A stretch of DNA of 63,861 bases, the filler included, from Octopus bimaculoides (taxonomy: Eukaryota), in NCBI RefSeq assembly GCF_001194135.2. It is 9 parts of 9 records of this genome, joined end to end, with 100 filler letters (N's around TTAATTAATTAA, not from the genome) between each part and the next. Parts side by side here need not be neighbours in the genome. Positions count along the whole stretch, not along the records: positions 5,631 to 16,072 come from NC_069009.1; positions 16,173 to 26,535 come from NC_068983.1; 7 more parts are not named here. One strand, given 5' to 3'. The notes beneath the pieces were generated by a model. The model did no database searches, was not told the DNA's origin, and saw only the letters and a list, made by a program, of their open reading frames with translations. A program made the translations under genes and the position numbers. This document shows, in pieces, positions 11,926-24,565 of this stretch (positions within the stretch are counted from its first letter, which is position 1; each line of letters opens with the position of its first letter).

Positions 11926-13106
11926 AAAAGACTATATTTTCCCCAATCACAGTTTTACCTTGTTTTTGTCCATCCACCCCTTATGATGGACATTCATAAA
12001 ACATGTTTTCTTGGCTTTGCTGTCTGTGAAACTCCCAGATTTTTCCCTTCATACCATTCATGCTTCTTCTATCCATTTCTGCTCTTTACTTCCATGTTTA
12101 GCTTCTGCCTCTGGCACCGTCAGTAGATATATCTATCTTTCTTTCCAGTCTCCTTGCTTTGCACTTCATCCACCTTGCTGAACCAATATAGCTCATATAC
12201 TGAAATCCTATTCGTTTCAAATTTTGGCACAAGACCAGCAATTTCGGCAGAATCTGATAAGTCAATTACATCAACTCCAGGGCTCAACTGGTACTTATTT
12301 TATTGACCCCAGAAGGATGAAAGGCAAAGTTGACCTCAGTGGAATTTGAACTCAGAATGTAAAAATGAACAAAATATGAAATATACTGCTCAGCATTTTG
12401 CCTAGTGTACCAATAATTCTGCCACCTCATTGCCTTAACTCATTTACTGAAATTATACACCCTAAATTTCATTGATGTAACCATAATTTCTTTGCTTCCA
12501 CCAATGGTGGACATTTTATGTCTTTATAACAAAGTTCATATTTTTCTTTTCTTTCCTTTCCTGTGTTGTTTTAATGCCATCTCCTGTTTTCTCTGAAAGG
12601 GTGAAGACCCCCTTTGGTCACGAATGACCATGGGATTGCACCTAGAAAGTTACCCTTTGAGGCACAAGACCAGGCAAGGTCGTTTATTGAACCCGCAATC
12701 ATCCATGCATAGCAGCCTCCCCTCTCCAAGTCACTGATGTTGTCCAAGAGAAAGAAAGGCAAAAGCCAATACAAATCAGCATCTGTTTTCTCTAATCACA
12801 AGTAATTTTTACGATTGCTATTGTTGTTGTTGTTGGTGGTGGTGATCCAATACTGTCACACAGCTGCTCAGTTGCCATGTTGTTTTGTATATTCTATAAC
12901 TTGTAACCTGTAACAAATAATCCATATTTTCCTCACTGTTTTGTGATATTATTAACTGGATGACTTCTCTTTTGTTGAGTCTTATAGAGTAAAACAACTG
13001 GAATATTGGTCTAATGAATTTACCTGGTCATATGGTCAGAATTTGGCTTTTTGAATACCACTTGTAAATGAATGTACTTCATTTGGAAGTAACCCTGCAC
13101 CTGTAA

Positions 13107-13143
<37 letters not shown>

Positions 13144-13413
13144 NNNNNNNNNNNNNNNNNNNNNNNNNNNNNNNNNNNNNNNNNNNNNNNNNNNNNNNNN
13201 NNNNNNNNNNNNNNNNNNNNNNNNNNNNNNNNNNNNNNNNNNNNNNNNNNNNNNNNNNNNNNNNNNNNNNNNNNNNNNNNNNNNNNNNNNNNNNNNNNNN
13301 NNNNNNNNNNNNNNNNNNNNNNNNNNNNNNNNNNNNNNNNNNNNNNNNNNNNNNNNNNNNNNNNNNNNNNNNNNNNNNNNNNNNNNNNNNNNNNNNNNNN
13401 NNNNNNNNNNNNN

Positions 13414-13446
<33 letters not shown>

Positions 13447-13472
13447 CTAACATACATACATACATACATACA

Positions 13473-13510
<38 letters not shown>

Positions 13511-13513
<3 letters not shown>

Positions 13514-13640
13514 CAGGCTTCTTTCAGTTTTCTTCTACCAAATCCACTCACAAGGCTTTGGTTGGCCCAAGCCTATAGTAGAAGACACTTGCCCAAGGTG
13601 CCATACAGTGGGACTGAGCTACCACTCAACCATGCCTGTG
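13511..13640 (-). mobile_element. tRNA-derived SINE, family A (5' half)
   Basis: GGCTTCTTTCAGTTT...CACTTGCCCAAGGTGCCA. Confidence 0.8.
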
Positions 13641-13829
13641 CCTATATTATATGTATATAATATGTCAGTATGGAAAAGTTCTTGAAGCATATTTGCTTCT
13701 GATTGCTAACGATATGAGTGCTTCTTCAAAATGCAAATGTTGTATTCTTTGATTGTCTGTCAGAAGAATTTCTAATGGGAAACTTCTTACATGTTTATCC
13801 TATACATACAACTCTGTGAAAGTAAAGTA

Positions 13830-14160
13830 AAGACCCTCTTCGATCACAAATGGCCTGGGGAATGCACCTAGAAAGTTCCCCTCCTAGGCACAAGTCTAGG
13901 TAAGATTGTTTTGTGGAAGATTAGCAGTCACCCATGCAAACCAGACCCCTCTCTCTATGCCACTGATGTTATCCAAGTGAAAGGGAAAGGTCAATACAGT
14001 TTGGCACCAGTTCCATCACAACTTATTTCTACAGCTGAGTGAAATGGAGCAACGTGAAATAAAGTTCCTTGTTCAAGAACACAACACACAGCTCAATCAA
14101 GGAAATGAATTCACAACCTCACGATTGTAAGCCCAATGCTCTAACCACTGATCTATGCAC
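13830..14160 (-). mobile_element. tRNA-derived SINE, family C (CORE-like); tail fragment also about 12600-12775, head fragment about 33390-33530
   Basis: Minus strand reads tRNA-like head (CAGTGGTTAGAGC), then TTGTGTTCTTGAACAAG...TTTATTTCACGTTGCTCC. Confidence 0.75.
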
Positions 14161-14420
14161 CTGTGTTGTGTTCTTGACCAAGACTCATTATTTCACGTTG
14201 CTCCAGTTAACTCAGGTGTAAAAATGAGTTGCGACGTCACTGGTGCCAAGCTGTATCAGACCCTTTGCCTTTCCCTTGGACAACATCAGTGGTATGGAGA
14301 GGGGAGACTGGTATGCAGGGGTGACTGCTCGTCTTCTACATACAACCTTGCCCCAACTTGTTTCTTGGAGGGGAACATTCTAGGTGCATCCCATAGTCAT
14401 TCATGATTGAAGTGGGTCTT
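14161..14420 (+). mobile_element. Headless family-C SINE, inverted relative to 13830-14160
   Basis: Body and tail match the reverse complement of 13830-14090 with many substitutions. Confidence 0.75.
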
Positions 14421-14983
14421 TAATTTTTTACCTGTTCCAATTTTGTGATTCCTATTAGCAAATAAAACGTGTAATGGTGAATAAATAATACTCCCAAAAT
14501 TTTTCCAGATTCCTGTTTATACATACATATATATACATATATATACATTTCAATTACAGAATAACTGAACACCACACATCCTGGCTTTTGTGCAAAATAT
14601 CATTGTTCATATTTTGCTTCCTTTCTTGATTAACAATTCTCATTCTTTTCCAATTAGCTTCATAATCGCCATTCATCATACGGCACCTTCTAACTCCATT
14701 TCTTGCATCAATTTCATTCCTTTCTTCCTGAGTTTATACTTCTTTTTCATGATTCTCTTCTCTTTAGTTTTAGTTCTTAGATCTTCTCTTTGCCCACTCC
14801 CTAACCTTTCCCTGGATTTTTCTCTGCCTCTCACTTCAATTCTCACTGCCATTCTCTGTATCATTGCATACCCTAACACACCAAACTTCGTTTCAGGAAA
14901 AAATAATTTGAGAATCATTTAGATTAGAAATATAATATTTCTCAATCTCTCAGAGAGATTTAAGCAGTAGTGGAGCGACAAAG

Positions 14984-15111
14984 TTGTAGTATATTGTCAA
15001 CTTAATGTGACAATCCCAATAATGTGACAATAATGTGACTTAATGTGACAATCCCAGCAGTAGTGTATTCCCTTATTGGGATTGTCACATTAAGTTGACA
15101 ATATACTACAA
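14984..15111. repeat. Perfect 39-bp inverted repeat with a 50-bp mosaic spacer
   Basis: 14984-15022 is the exact reverse complement of 15073-15111. Confidence 0.95.
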
Positions 15112-15197
15112 ATCATTTAGATGTTATATAGTTGATAATCCAGGAAATAACTATTACATATCTTTGAAAAAGAAAATTAGAAATAGGGTTAATATAC

Positions 15198-15542
15198 AGG
15201 TGCAGGTGTGATGTGTGGTAAGTAGCTTGCTTCCCAGCCACAGAGTTCCGGGTTCAGTCCCACTGTGTGGCACCTTGGGCAAGTGTCTTCTGGATTTCGT
15301 AGACAGAAACTGAAAGAAGCCTGTCTTATATATATATGTATGTATATGTTTGTCCCCTAGCCATCACTTGACAACCGATGTTGGTGTGTTTACGTCCCCA
15401 TAACTTGGCAATTCTGCAAAAGAAACCAATTGAATAATTACTAGGCTTAAAGAGAATAAGTCCTGGGGTTGATATTTGTTCAACTAAAGGTGGCACTCCA
15501 GTATGGCCGCAGTCAAATGACTGAAACAAATAAAAGAATAAA
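15198..15542 (+). mobile_element. tRNA-derived SINE, family A
   Basis: Head, partly deleted body and tail present. Confidence 0.85.
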
Positions 15543-15591
15543 GGTAGCTGGAGAATTCTGTATCTAGGATATACCATTATATCCTTTATTT

Positions 15592-15788
15592 TTTACTTGT
15601 TTCAGTCATTAGACTGTGGCCATGTTGGGGCACTGACTTGAAAAATTTGTAGCTGAATGAATTGATCCCAAAACTTACTTTTCTATCAGTCTCTTTTGCT
15701 GAATGCTAAGTTACAGGGATGTAAACAAACCAGCATCAGTTGTCAAGCTATGATTGGGGAACAAACACAGACACAAAGACAAGTACAC

Positions 15789-15837
<49 letters not shown>

Positions 15838-15992
15838 TATATACAGCAGGCTTCTTTCAGTTTCCATCTACTAAATCCATTCACAAGGCTTTGGTCAGCC
15901 TGAGACTATCGTAGAAGGCACTCACTCGAAGTGCCAAACAGTGAGACTGAACCCAGAACCATGTAGTTGGGAAGCAAGCTTCTTACCACACA
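15592..15992 (-). mobile_element. tRNA-derived SINE, family A (tail-to-tail with 15198-15542)
   Basis: Near full-length reverse copy. Confidence 0.85.
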
Positions 15993-16012
15993 GCTATGTC
16001 TGTGCCTAAATG

Positions 16013-16060
<48 letters not shown>

Positions 16061-17516
16061 CTTTCTACTAAANNNNNNNNNNNNNNNNNNNNNNNNNNNN
16101 NNNNNNNNNNNNNNNNTTAATTAATTAANNNNNNNNNNNNNNNNNNNNNNNNNNNNNNNNNNNNNNNNNNNNCGATCCCTTTTGATCGACACCACCAATT
16201 TTTTTTTTTTTTTTTTTCCTTCCTTCCCCCTCCCAAAAAGAAAAGCTCTACATTGTATTTGTCCCATCTTCGTTGAGCCCTGTGTGGCTAATAAAAGAAA
16301 TGTATCTATCTATCTATCTATCTATCTATACACGTATCACCTTCAAAGTTCTGTTATTTTAGGGTCAAATTCTAGATTTAACAGTTCGAGTCCCAATTGG
16401 GATAATTAAGTCTAAATGATGCGCCAGCCAACAAACTATGACGAATGAAGTAAAAATACAGTTATAAAGTTTCAAATGAGAAATGTGCATGTAAATGTTG
16501 CAGACACTCCAAAAATATTAAGATGTGTGTGTATATGTGTGTATACACGTTCTTATGAATGTCTGTTGGTAGATAAATAAGTATTTTTGCATGTATGTAT
16601 GCATGTAAAGCGTCACACAAATGCGCGCATTTAATACGTAGATGCGTTCATATACATAAACATTCATACGTAGAATAATGCTTAATACGAACATGCGTAT
16701 GTATACATGTAACTACTTATCTATCTCTATCTGAATAATTATACACGAACACATATATAGACGTACACATGCATATGCATATATTAGCATATATATGTAT
16801 ACACACACACACACACACATACATACATACATACATATATATATATATATTAGATAATAAAAACGATTTGTATATACCTTGTAGGTAACTAGCAAAGCAC
16901 GGTCACTTTTGCAGTGTTCGTTACACATATGGTAAATGACAGACGGAAAATGGAAGATGCGAGAAAAGTGCAATGATCTATTTTGCAAGAGACCAACGAA
17001 AGACTTTTGAGATTCCAGGAGACATGTTCTCACCAAACCTCAAGACAACATTACTACTAATTAAAGTAGCGTTAGTAGCTTATAAATNNNNNNNNNNNNN
17101 NNNNNNNNNNNNNNNNNNNNNNNNNNNNNNNNNNNNNNNNNNNNNNNNNNNNNNNNNNNNNNNNNNNNNNNNNNNNNNNNNNNNNNNNNNNNNNNNNNNN
17201 NNNNNNNNNNNNNNNNNNNNNNNNNNNNNNNNNNNNNNNNNNNNNNNNNNNNNNNNNNNNNNNNNNNNNNNNNNNNNNNNNNNNNNNNNNNNNNNNNNNN
17301 NNNNNNNNNNNNNNNNNNNNNNNNNNNNNNNNNNNNNNNNNNNNNNNNNNNNNNNNNNNNNNNNNNNNNNNNNNNNNNNNNNNNNNNNNNNNNNNNNNNN
17401 NNNNNNNNNNNNNNNNNNNNNNNNNNNNNNNNNNNNNNNNNNNNNNNNNNNNNNNNNNNNNNNNNNNNNNNNNNNNNNNNNNNNNNNNNNNNNNNNNNNN
17501 NNNNNNNNNNNNNNNN

Positions 17517-17840
17517 ATCAAGAGTTTTGATGGCACATCTGGTGTATGAGAGAATTTGACATAGCTGCCCTAAACTGCGTCTCATTACGAGCCATTGGTT
17601 CGTCTGGTACCGTGGAGAGGAAAGTGTCAAGTTTTGTCTTGAAGACCTCCGTATCCATGTCTTGCATGTCTCTCAAATGTTTTGGCAGGGCATTGAAGAG
17701 CTGAGGTCCTCTGAAACCGAGGTTGCTGCAGTATCTCGTTCTTATGTGAGATGCAGTGGACGGTACCTTTGGCACCATGCAGTGGCGACCAATGCGACGC
17801 AATACGAGAGCTGTATTGCTGTATTGAGTAGTTTTTAATA
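17517..17840 (-). mobile_element. CR1/L2-superclade LINE ORF2 C-terminal fragment
   Basis: GRHCMVPKV...RGPQLFNALPKHLRD...FKTKLDTFLSTVPDEP...AAMSNSLIHQ is typical of LINE ORF2 ends; the exact clade is not resolved. Confidence 0.75.
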
Positions 17841-18062
17841 TTTGATACGTGTCCCGACAGCGGCATTTCTTCCGACTTTCTAAGTACTGAGTTCAAATCA
17901 CATCGGCATCAGCGTTTCCTTTTTATTCTTTGTGGGGTCGATAAAAAGAAGTGCTATCCAAGTACTGGGGTCAATGTAATCGACCTTGTACCAAAATTAC
18001 AAAGAATTTCTTATTTATAAGCTACTAATGCTACTTTAATTAGTAGTAATGTTGTCTTGAGG

Positions 18063-18111
<49 letters not shown>

Positions 18112-19204
18112 CAGCAAATAAGAAAATGGAGAGGATACAAAACGACATACATCATCCGGTAGACATTCCAGTGCATTAGATAGTATTAGAAGGAAATATA
18201 CGCATGTAGTAACAATGTGATACATACACATGCATAAATATTACAGAAAAGCGCAAAAGATCAGTTCCTTACGGCCGTTTCTGCCAAGAAGCAACGAAAT
18301 CCTCCATGCCATCTCCATCTCTTCAGTGTTCTGTAGTGATGGGCAGAAAAGTTTGGATGATGAGTGTGCCTCTAGGCTGCTTCAGAGGGTCTAAGCCGTT
18401 AGGAGGGCTCATACATATAATAAACAGTTAACAATAGGTACAGTGTATTTGTCATTACTAAAAAGGGCAGAAAAAGAATAGGAGCAAACATGAGGCTGAG
18501 AGAAGTACAACTTATTAACATGAATTAGGTATAGGAAGGGGAAATAAGCTGGAAACTTTCCGTGGTGTATTCCAGGATCCATGTTACTTCGTCCGATGCT
18601 GGATAGGTGAGTATAGTCGTTCTTGGGAGGAGTTTTTAGGAAGGATTAATTTAGGCAGTAGTTCGCATTATGTTTACATAGAAATTCACATTATGTTTAC
18701 ATAGAAATACAGTGGTGGATTTTAAGGTATGGTTCGTGTTACGGAGGTGAAAGTTCATATGTAAAGTGCCAGCTAGTAGGTGCAACGTTGCTGATGGCAT
18801 GGCATAAGTACCCTATGAAGGTGAACCTATCATGGGAAAATTTGGTATATAAGTGTACTAATGTGAGAAAGGAACCAGGTGGTGACTAAAGTGCGGTGTT
18901 AGTGTTCGTTATTTTTTTTTGCCTAGAGGCACACTCATCATCCAAACTTTATCTGCCCACCTCTACAGAACACTGAAGAGATGGAGATAGCATGGAGGAC
19001 TCCGTTGCCTCTTGGCAGAAACGGCCGTAAGGAACTGATCTTTTGCTCTTTTCTGTAATATTGATACTTGTTTATGTAACACATAGTTACTACATGTGTA
19101 TGTTTTCTTCTAATACTTTCTAATGCACTGGAATAAATAGACATACTCGAATGTCTACCCGATGATGCATGTCGTTTTGTATCCTCTCCATTTTCTTATT
19201 TGCC
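18112..19204. mobile_element. Non-autonomous fold-back DNA transposon with about 270-bp inverted arms and TA flanks
   Basis: 18112-18378 matches the reverse complement of 18921-19204 with substitutions and small indels; ends are TA|C(A/G)GCAAATAAG. Confidence 0.8.
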
Positions 19205-19466
19205 GTATAAATTAAGGGTAAACCACTTTTTATCCCCGTCCATATATGACACTCAATTACGAGATTGCTACGCAATAACCAGCATTTGGGTATGAATAAT
19301 TGGGTACACTNNNNNNNNNNNNNNNNNNNNNNNNNNNNNNNNNNNNNNNNNNNNNNNNNNNNNNNNNNNNNNNNNNNNNNNNNNNNNNNNNNNNNNNNNN
19401 NNNNNNNNNNNNNNNNNNNNNNNNNNNNNNNNNNNNNNNNNNNNNNNNNNNNNNNNNNNNNNNNNN

Positions 19467-19500
<34 letters not shown>

Positions 19501-20382
19501 CAACTGGTGCTACATACCATAATTTTAACCACAGTCATCGGCCGAAAGTTGCAGTAAAGATGTATGATGTATGTTTGCGTATATATTCATATACACATAC
19601 GTACACACACATACTCATATACATATACGCGCACATTCACATACATATATCAACACACATATGTGTGCCATTTAGTTTTGCAAATAACCGAATTGAAGTA
19701 AACGCTGCTAGGATAAGGATAACGATATTCGATACAAACCATCTGTATGGGCTTAAAATGCAGTTAGTTAAAGCCTTTTGTTTTTCTTAAGAGCGGCATT
19801 CGAAATCATATATCTTCAGTGCGATGTATATGAAATGACTTAAAACCATGTGAATATTCCTTTATATACTTCAGAATATTGGTGGAAGCCAGATATCTTC
19901 TATACTTTAAAAGGTGTGGCTTAAGGAAAGCATCTTAAATATATCGGTTTCCTTATGGTGTCAGCATGCAGCGTATTTCAAAAGCCGGGTATAATCGATT
20001 GACTCGATTGCAGTAATCATATGTAACACATTTTCTATAAAGTCTAGAAACATAACATAGAAGTTGATTAAGTGACCATTGGAAAGGCTACATAATTATG
20101 AATTTCGCTTTTCTACCATGTAGTTGAGTGTTCGTTCAGATTACACTGCAGTGAATAATACATAGACGGATAGGGCGAAAAGCCGATGGTCAGAATAAAA
20201 ATTCGGTGTACAACTAAAACAGCATTTCCTTACTATGTATCGGAAGTGGACAAATTTCATCTACGCGTGTAATTAGCGAGTGACAAAATGCGTCAGACGG
20301 TCTTGTGTGTCACTGCTGAAACGATGCACCTTCTGCTTCGACATGTATTATGTTTTTCAACTCAGCATATTTATGGCGGTAG

Positions 20383-20625
20383 GGGCGCGTGGATTAGTGG
20401 TTAGGGTGTCAGCATCATGATCGTAAGATTGTGGTTTCGATTCCTGGACCGGGCGACGCGTTGTGTTCTTCAGTAAAACACTTTATTTCACGTTGCTCCA
20501 GTCCACTTAGCTGGCAAAAATGAGTAACGCTGCGATGGACTTGCGTCCCGTCCAGCTGGGGAACATATACGCCATTGAAACCGGAACAACAGGCCCATGA
20601 GCCTGGCTAGACTTTAGAAGGGCGC
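20383..20625 (+). mobile_element. tRNA-derived CORE-like SINE
   Basis: A-box TGGATTAGTGG, B-box GTTTCGATTCC, body TTGTGTTCTT...TTTATTTCACGTTGCTCCAGTCCAC shared with family C. Confidence 0.75.
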
Positions 20626-20845
20626 ATTTATTTTATTTTATATTTATGGAGAATTTTTCTCTCAAACAAAAAACCACACCATGATGCCTGTCAACGGTTT
20701 ATATACATTAAGCATGATATATAGATGGTTATTTAAACTTAATGCTGTTTAAATTAGCACACACGTGCACGCGCACATGCACACATACATACACATACAC
20801 ACATATACATCATACACGCACGCACACACACACACATATATATAT

Positions 20846-21205
20846 GTAGTTGTGGCTGTGTGGTTAGAAGTTTGCTTTCCAACCACACGGTGCCGGGTTC
20901 AATCCCACTGCTTGGCACTAAGGCAAGTGTCTTTCTCTATAGTCCCACGCCGACCAAATCATTGTGAGTGAATTTGATAGGCGGAAGCTGAAAGAAGCCC
21001 GTCGTATATTTATATATGTGTGTGTCTTTGTATCTGTGTTTGTCCCCCAACCCACCACTTGACACCCGGTGTTAGTATGTATGTTTAGGTGTCCGTAACG
21101 TAGTGGTTCGGCAAAAGACCCTGACAGAATAAGTACCAGGCTTAAAAGATCCGTTCGACTAAAATTCTTGAAGGCGGTGCTCTAGCATGGTCGCAGTTTA
21201 ATGAC
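20846..21205 (+). mobile_element. tRNA-derived SINE, family A
   Basis: Full head, body and tail; CpGs retained (GAAGCCCGTCGT). Confidence 0.85.
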
Positions 21206-21814
21206 CGCGATCGTGATAGCACCATAATAACAAGATGTATGTGTGTATAGTCTAAGTTAATGAACATGTAACAATGAAATTTAGTGGCCGTGCTACTGCT
21301 TAATGTAGTTAACCTTAAAACAATATAACGCTATAAATGTTTTTCTCTTCTTTTTTTTTACCATCGTCGGCAGTTGTTCTTTGAATATGTTACATTAATG
21401 TCAAATGCCTTGCTTGGCACATGCTATCCGTCGTTATACAAGCATGTTCTGCCACTATCAAACTTTGTGAACGCGCTTGCTAAGTTTAATGATATTTTTG
21501 AAATAGCAATGCGTTTAGCTATTCCTTCATTTACAACCTCACTCTGCTATCAACCCTCGTTGTTTCACAGTTCACAGTCCCACCAACTTTTAGTAAGTCT
21601 GATTAGAAATTTCACTTGATGATTTGTTGATAATCAACGTGTCACTGCTCGCTTGACTATTTGCTCAGCCTGATGAATTGAGAGATGTATAACATTACGT
21701 AATCCTATTGATGTTGTGCATATTGAATACCAGACTGTACTATGTTTACATCACAATAAAGACTCTTAAAGAAACGATTGTCGGAATACTAGTTAACCTA
21801 TTCGCCTGTTATTA

Positions 21815-22112
21815 TTATATCGGACTCTTTTTGCCGAACCGCTAGGTTACGGGGACGTAAACACACCAGCATCGGTTGTCAAGCGATGCTGGGGGACAAA
21901 CACCGACACACAAGCACACACACACACATATATATACATATACATATATATATACGACGGGCTTCTTTCAGTTTCTGTCTACCAAATCCACTCACAAGGC
22001 TTTGGTCGGCCCGAGGCTATAGTAGAAGACACTTGCCCAAGGTGCCACACAGTGGGACTGAACCCGGAACCATGTGGTTGGCAAGCAAGCTACTTACCAC
22101 ACAGCCACTCCT
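21815..22112 (-). mobile_element. tRNA-derived SINE, family A (least-degraded copy, 3' truncated)
   Basis: Family-A body with intact CpGs. Confidence 0.9.
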
Positions 22113-22311
22113 GCAGACAAATACTGCGAAAGGAGATGAAGCGAGGGGAAGAAAAACAGGAACTCGCCACCAAAGAAATGCGTACCCGACAGAAGGAAAA
22201 ACCAGTAGGGCGGAAGAGAGCTCCTTCAAATGCAACCGTTGTATGCGTGATTGCCACTCCTGTGTGGGCCTTTTCCGCCACAGTAGACGCTGCACAACCA
22301 TCAGTAGCTGA
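22113..22311 (+). mobile_element. RTE-type LINE ORF2 3' end with zinc finger
   Basis: ...SSFKCNRCMRDCHSCVGLFRHSRRC...* resembles the CxxC...H C-terminus of RTE/BovB-like ORF2. Confidence 0.65.
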
Positions 22312-24023
22312 TGCGTGTGTGTGTTTGTGTGTTTGTGTGTTCGTGTATGTGTGTGTGTTTGAGTGTGTGTGTGTGTGTGATATATGTATGTGTAAATGAG
22401 GTTTTCAAACCCACAGCAGAGAATGCATATTTTCGAATGAAGTCTTCTTAGTTATAGCCTGACATTTAAGACTCAAGCAAAATTCGGTGAACCACTAATT
22501 ATTATGCGGAAACCTGTAATAGTCGATGCTACAGTACGATTAGTGCAACAACATATATCAAAATATCAATACGCGAATAAATATTGCATTATATTCATTG
22601 AAGAATCTATTTTTTGACTTTGTTGAAAATTGAATATTTCTAGCGTTTAATGAGATTTCCTGTTGAATTAATTTTCTCCATGTCAGCCATGAAAGCTATA
22701 TATATCTTTAATCTTTATTAGTCTTATCAAAAGAAGTATGACAGTTTGCAAAATAATGAGGGCCACTCATCTTCAAGGACCATATGATTTAATTGAATGC
22801 ATAGTTGAGTATTTATAGGAAAGCAGCAAATTTCAAGTTGTGACATGTATGCCTCTCCTTAATGCATCATCTGTGTGAGTATTGAAAATATGTTAAGATT
22901 TGATGAAGTAGGATGTTTATGACTTTTTGCAATGTCTTTACTCGAAGCTCCTTGAAAGCCAATGAGAGAATATACCTAATTTACTTTCCTCCGGATATAC
23001 TCGTTTCAGGTTTGGCAGAGAAATGAAAAGTAGACCCTACGGGATTTGAACTCAGGATATAGTGCAACGAAGTCAAGTATTCAGCAGTATACTGCTACTA
23101 CATCTCCATCCCCTTCTGAGCACCTCGCTGCGAGCAAGATTATATTGCAACCCATATTTGAAAGACAGGTCTCTTGGCTATATGCAAACCGATCTCTCTG
23201 ATGGTTATTCTGTTATGCTCTCAATATATGTACGCAAAAATAGAAAAAAACATATAGAGGCAAATAAATGAAAAACGAATAAACAAAATTGTTAAAAGAA
23301 CAATGGAATCCATGCCGATAGTTCTGATTTAAAATATCAAATGCGAACATGTAAATTCTTAATTGAGAGCAGGAATTCAGAGACAAATGTTCCTTTTTTT
23401 TATGAAAAAGAAAAAAAGTCACTTATAAAAGTTTAATTTCATTTACTGAATGAAGGAATCCAATTAATTGTAAGCCATAAATATTGATGTTTTTTATAGG
23501 ATAAGATATGTTTTAGGGATTTAGTAAATTTTGCAACTACTTCGGTTGACGCGTTGATAGTTAATTAAAATACTACATATCCACCGTACGTAAGTACAGC
23601 TATTTCATTAATCAAATAATTATGTTTGACAGTGAGAGAAAATTAACTAGAGAAAATATCTTTACGCGCGACGACTTATCTATTTTAATTAAATTCTGAC
23701 TAAACAGATGGAAATCAAGATTCGCTAGATAGCCCTAAGTACGTTGTCTTACCAACACACTCGACCACCACTGGTCTGATAAATACTTGAACAAGACAGT
23801 TTTTCATTTATACTCTACTATAGTTCAACGGCTTCATTAACTTTAATTATGAAATGTGGTAGCCAAATACAAAAAGTAAATAAATAAATTCAATTCCATT
23901 TTCAACTCGAATCCACTCGCCTTAGTGATCTTAATGTCCACGGAAAAGAGTTATCTACACTGTCTCTCAGTAACCGATATATCATTTCAGAGTCAGTCAC
24001 ACTCATTTTCGTTCTTTTCTCTC

Positions 24024-24058
<35 letters not shown>

Positions 24059-24445
24059 TGACATACTAGTAGTCAGAATTCTGGACAGATGCTTCCATAA
24101 TTGTTTTTTTCACGTTGGTTTATAACAAATATCGTTCTTCATCTAAAGTGGCACAACTTTTAAATTTAGACTCACTAATCTGAGTTGCCTTTTGATTTAA
24201 CATTCTGTTGATTGCTGGCTGCTGGAATGAAGTTATTCCCGTCGGACCATAGAAACTAATGTGCTCCATTACAGTATTGTAGGATTTAGAATCCAGAATA
24301 ATTTCATAGAAGAAATATCATTGGTAATATGTTAATTTATGCAAATAAAATATTATCATTAATTGAAAACAATATTTTTAGGTATCAAGTTAATTTGATA
24401 TTTTATGAACTTTTCCAAAAACATGAACGTAAAATTAAAGAAAGG

Positions 24446-24448
<3 letters not shown>

Positions 24449-24543
<95 letters not shown>

Positions 24544-24565
24544 GCACGCACACACACACACACAT
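24449..24565. repeat. (CA)n microsatellite; other long tracts: (TCTA)n 26226-26276, (TG)n 43469-43536, (GA)n 50017-50097, compound trinucleotide 54565-54847
   Basis: Read directly from the sequence. Confidence 0.95.

Noticed and set aside
16878-17035. Possible minus-strand first exon (AAG|GTATAT donor) at a CpG boundary
   Set aside because: Weak donor, no recognisable ORF, and it is adjacent to an inverted repeat and a gap; not enough support.
20383-20455. SINE heads here and at 32600-32682 and 34498-34836 as tRNA genes
   Set aside because: They have A/B boxes but no complete cloverleaf or acceptor stem and continue into repeat bodies; they are SINE heads.
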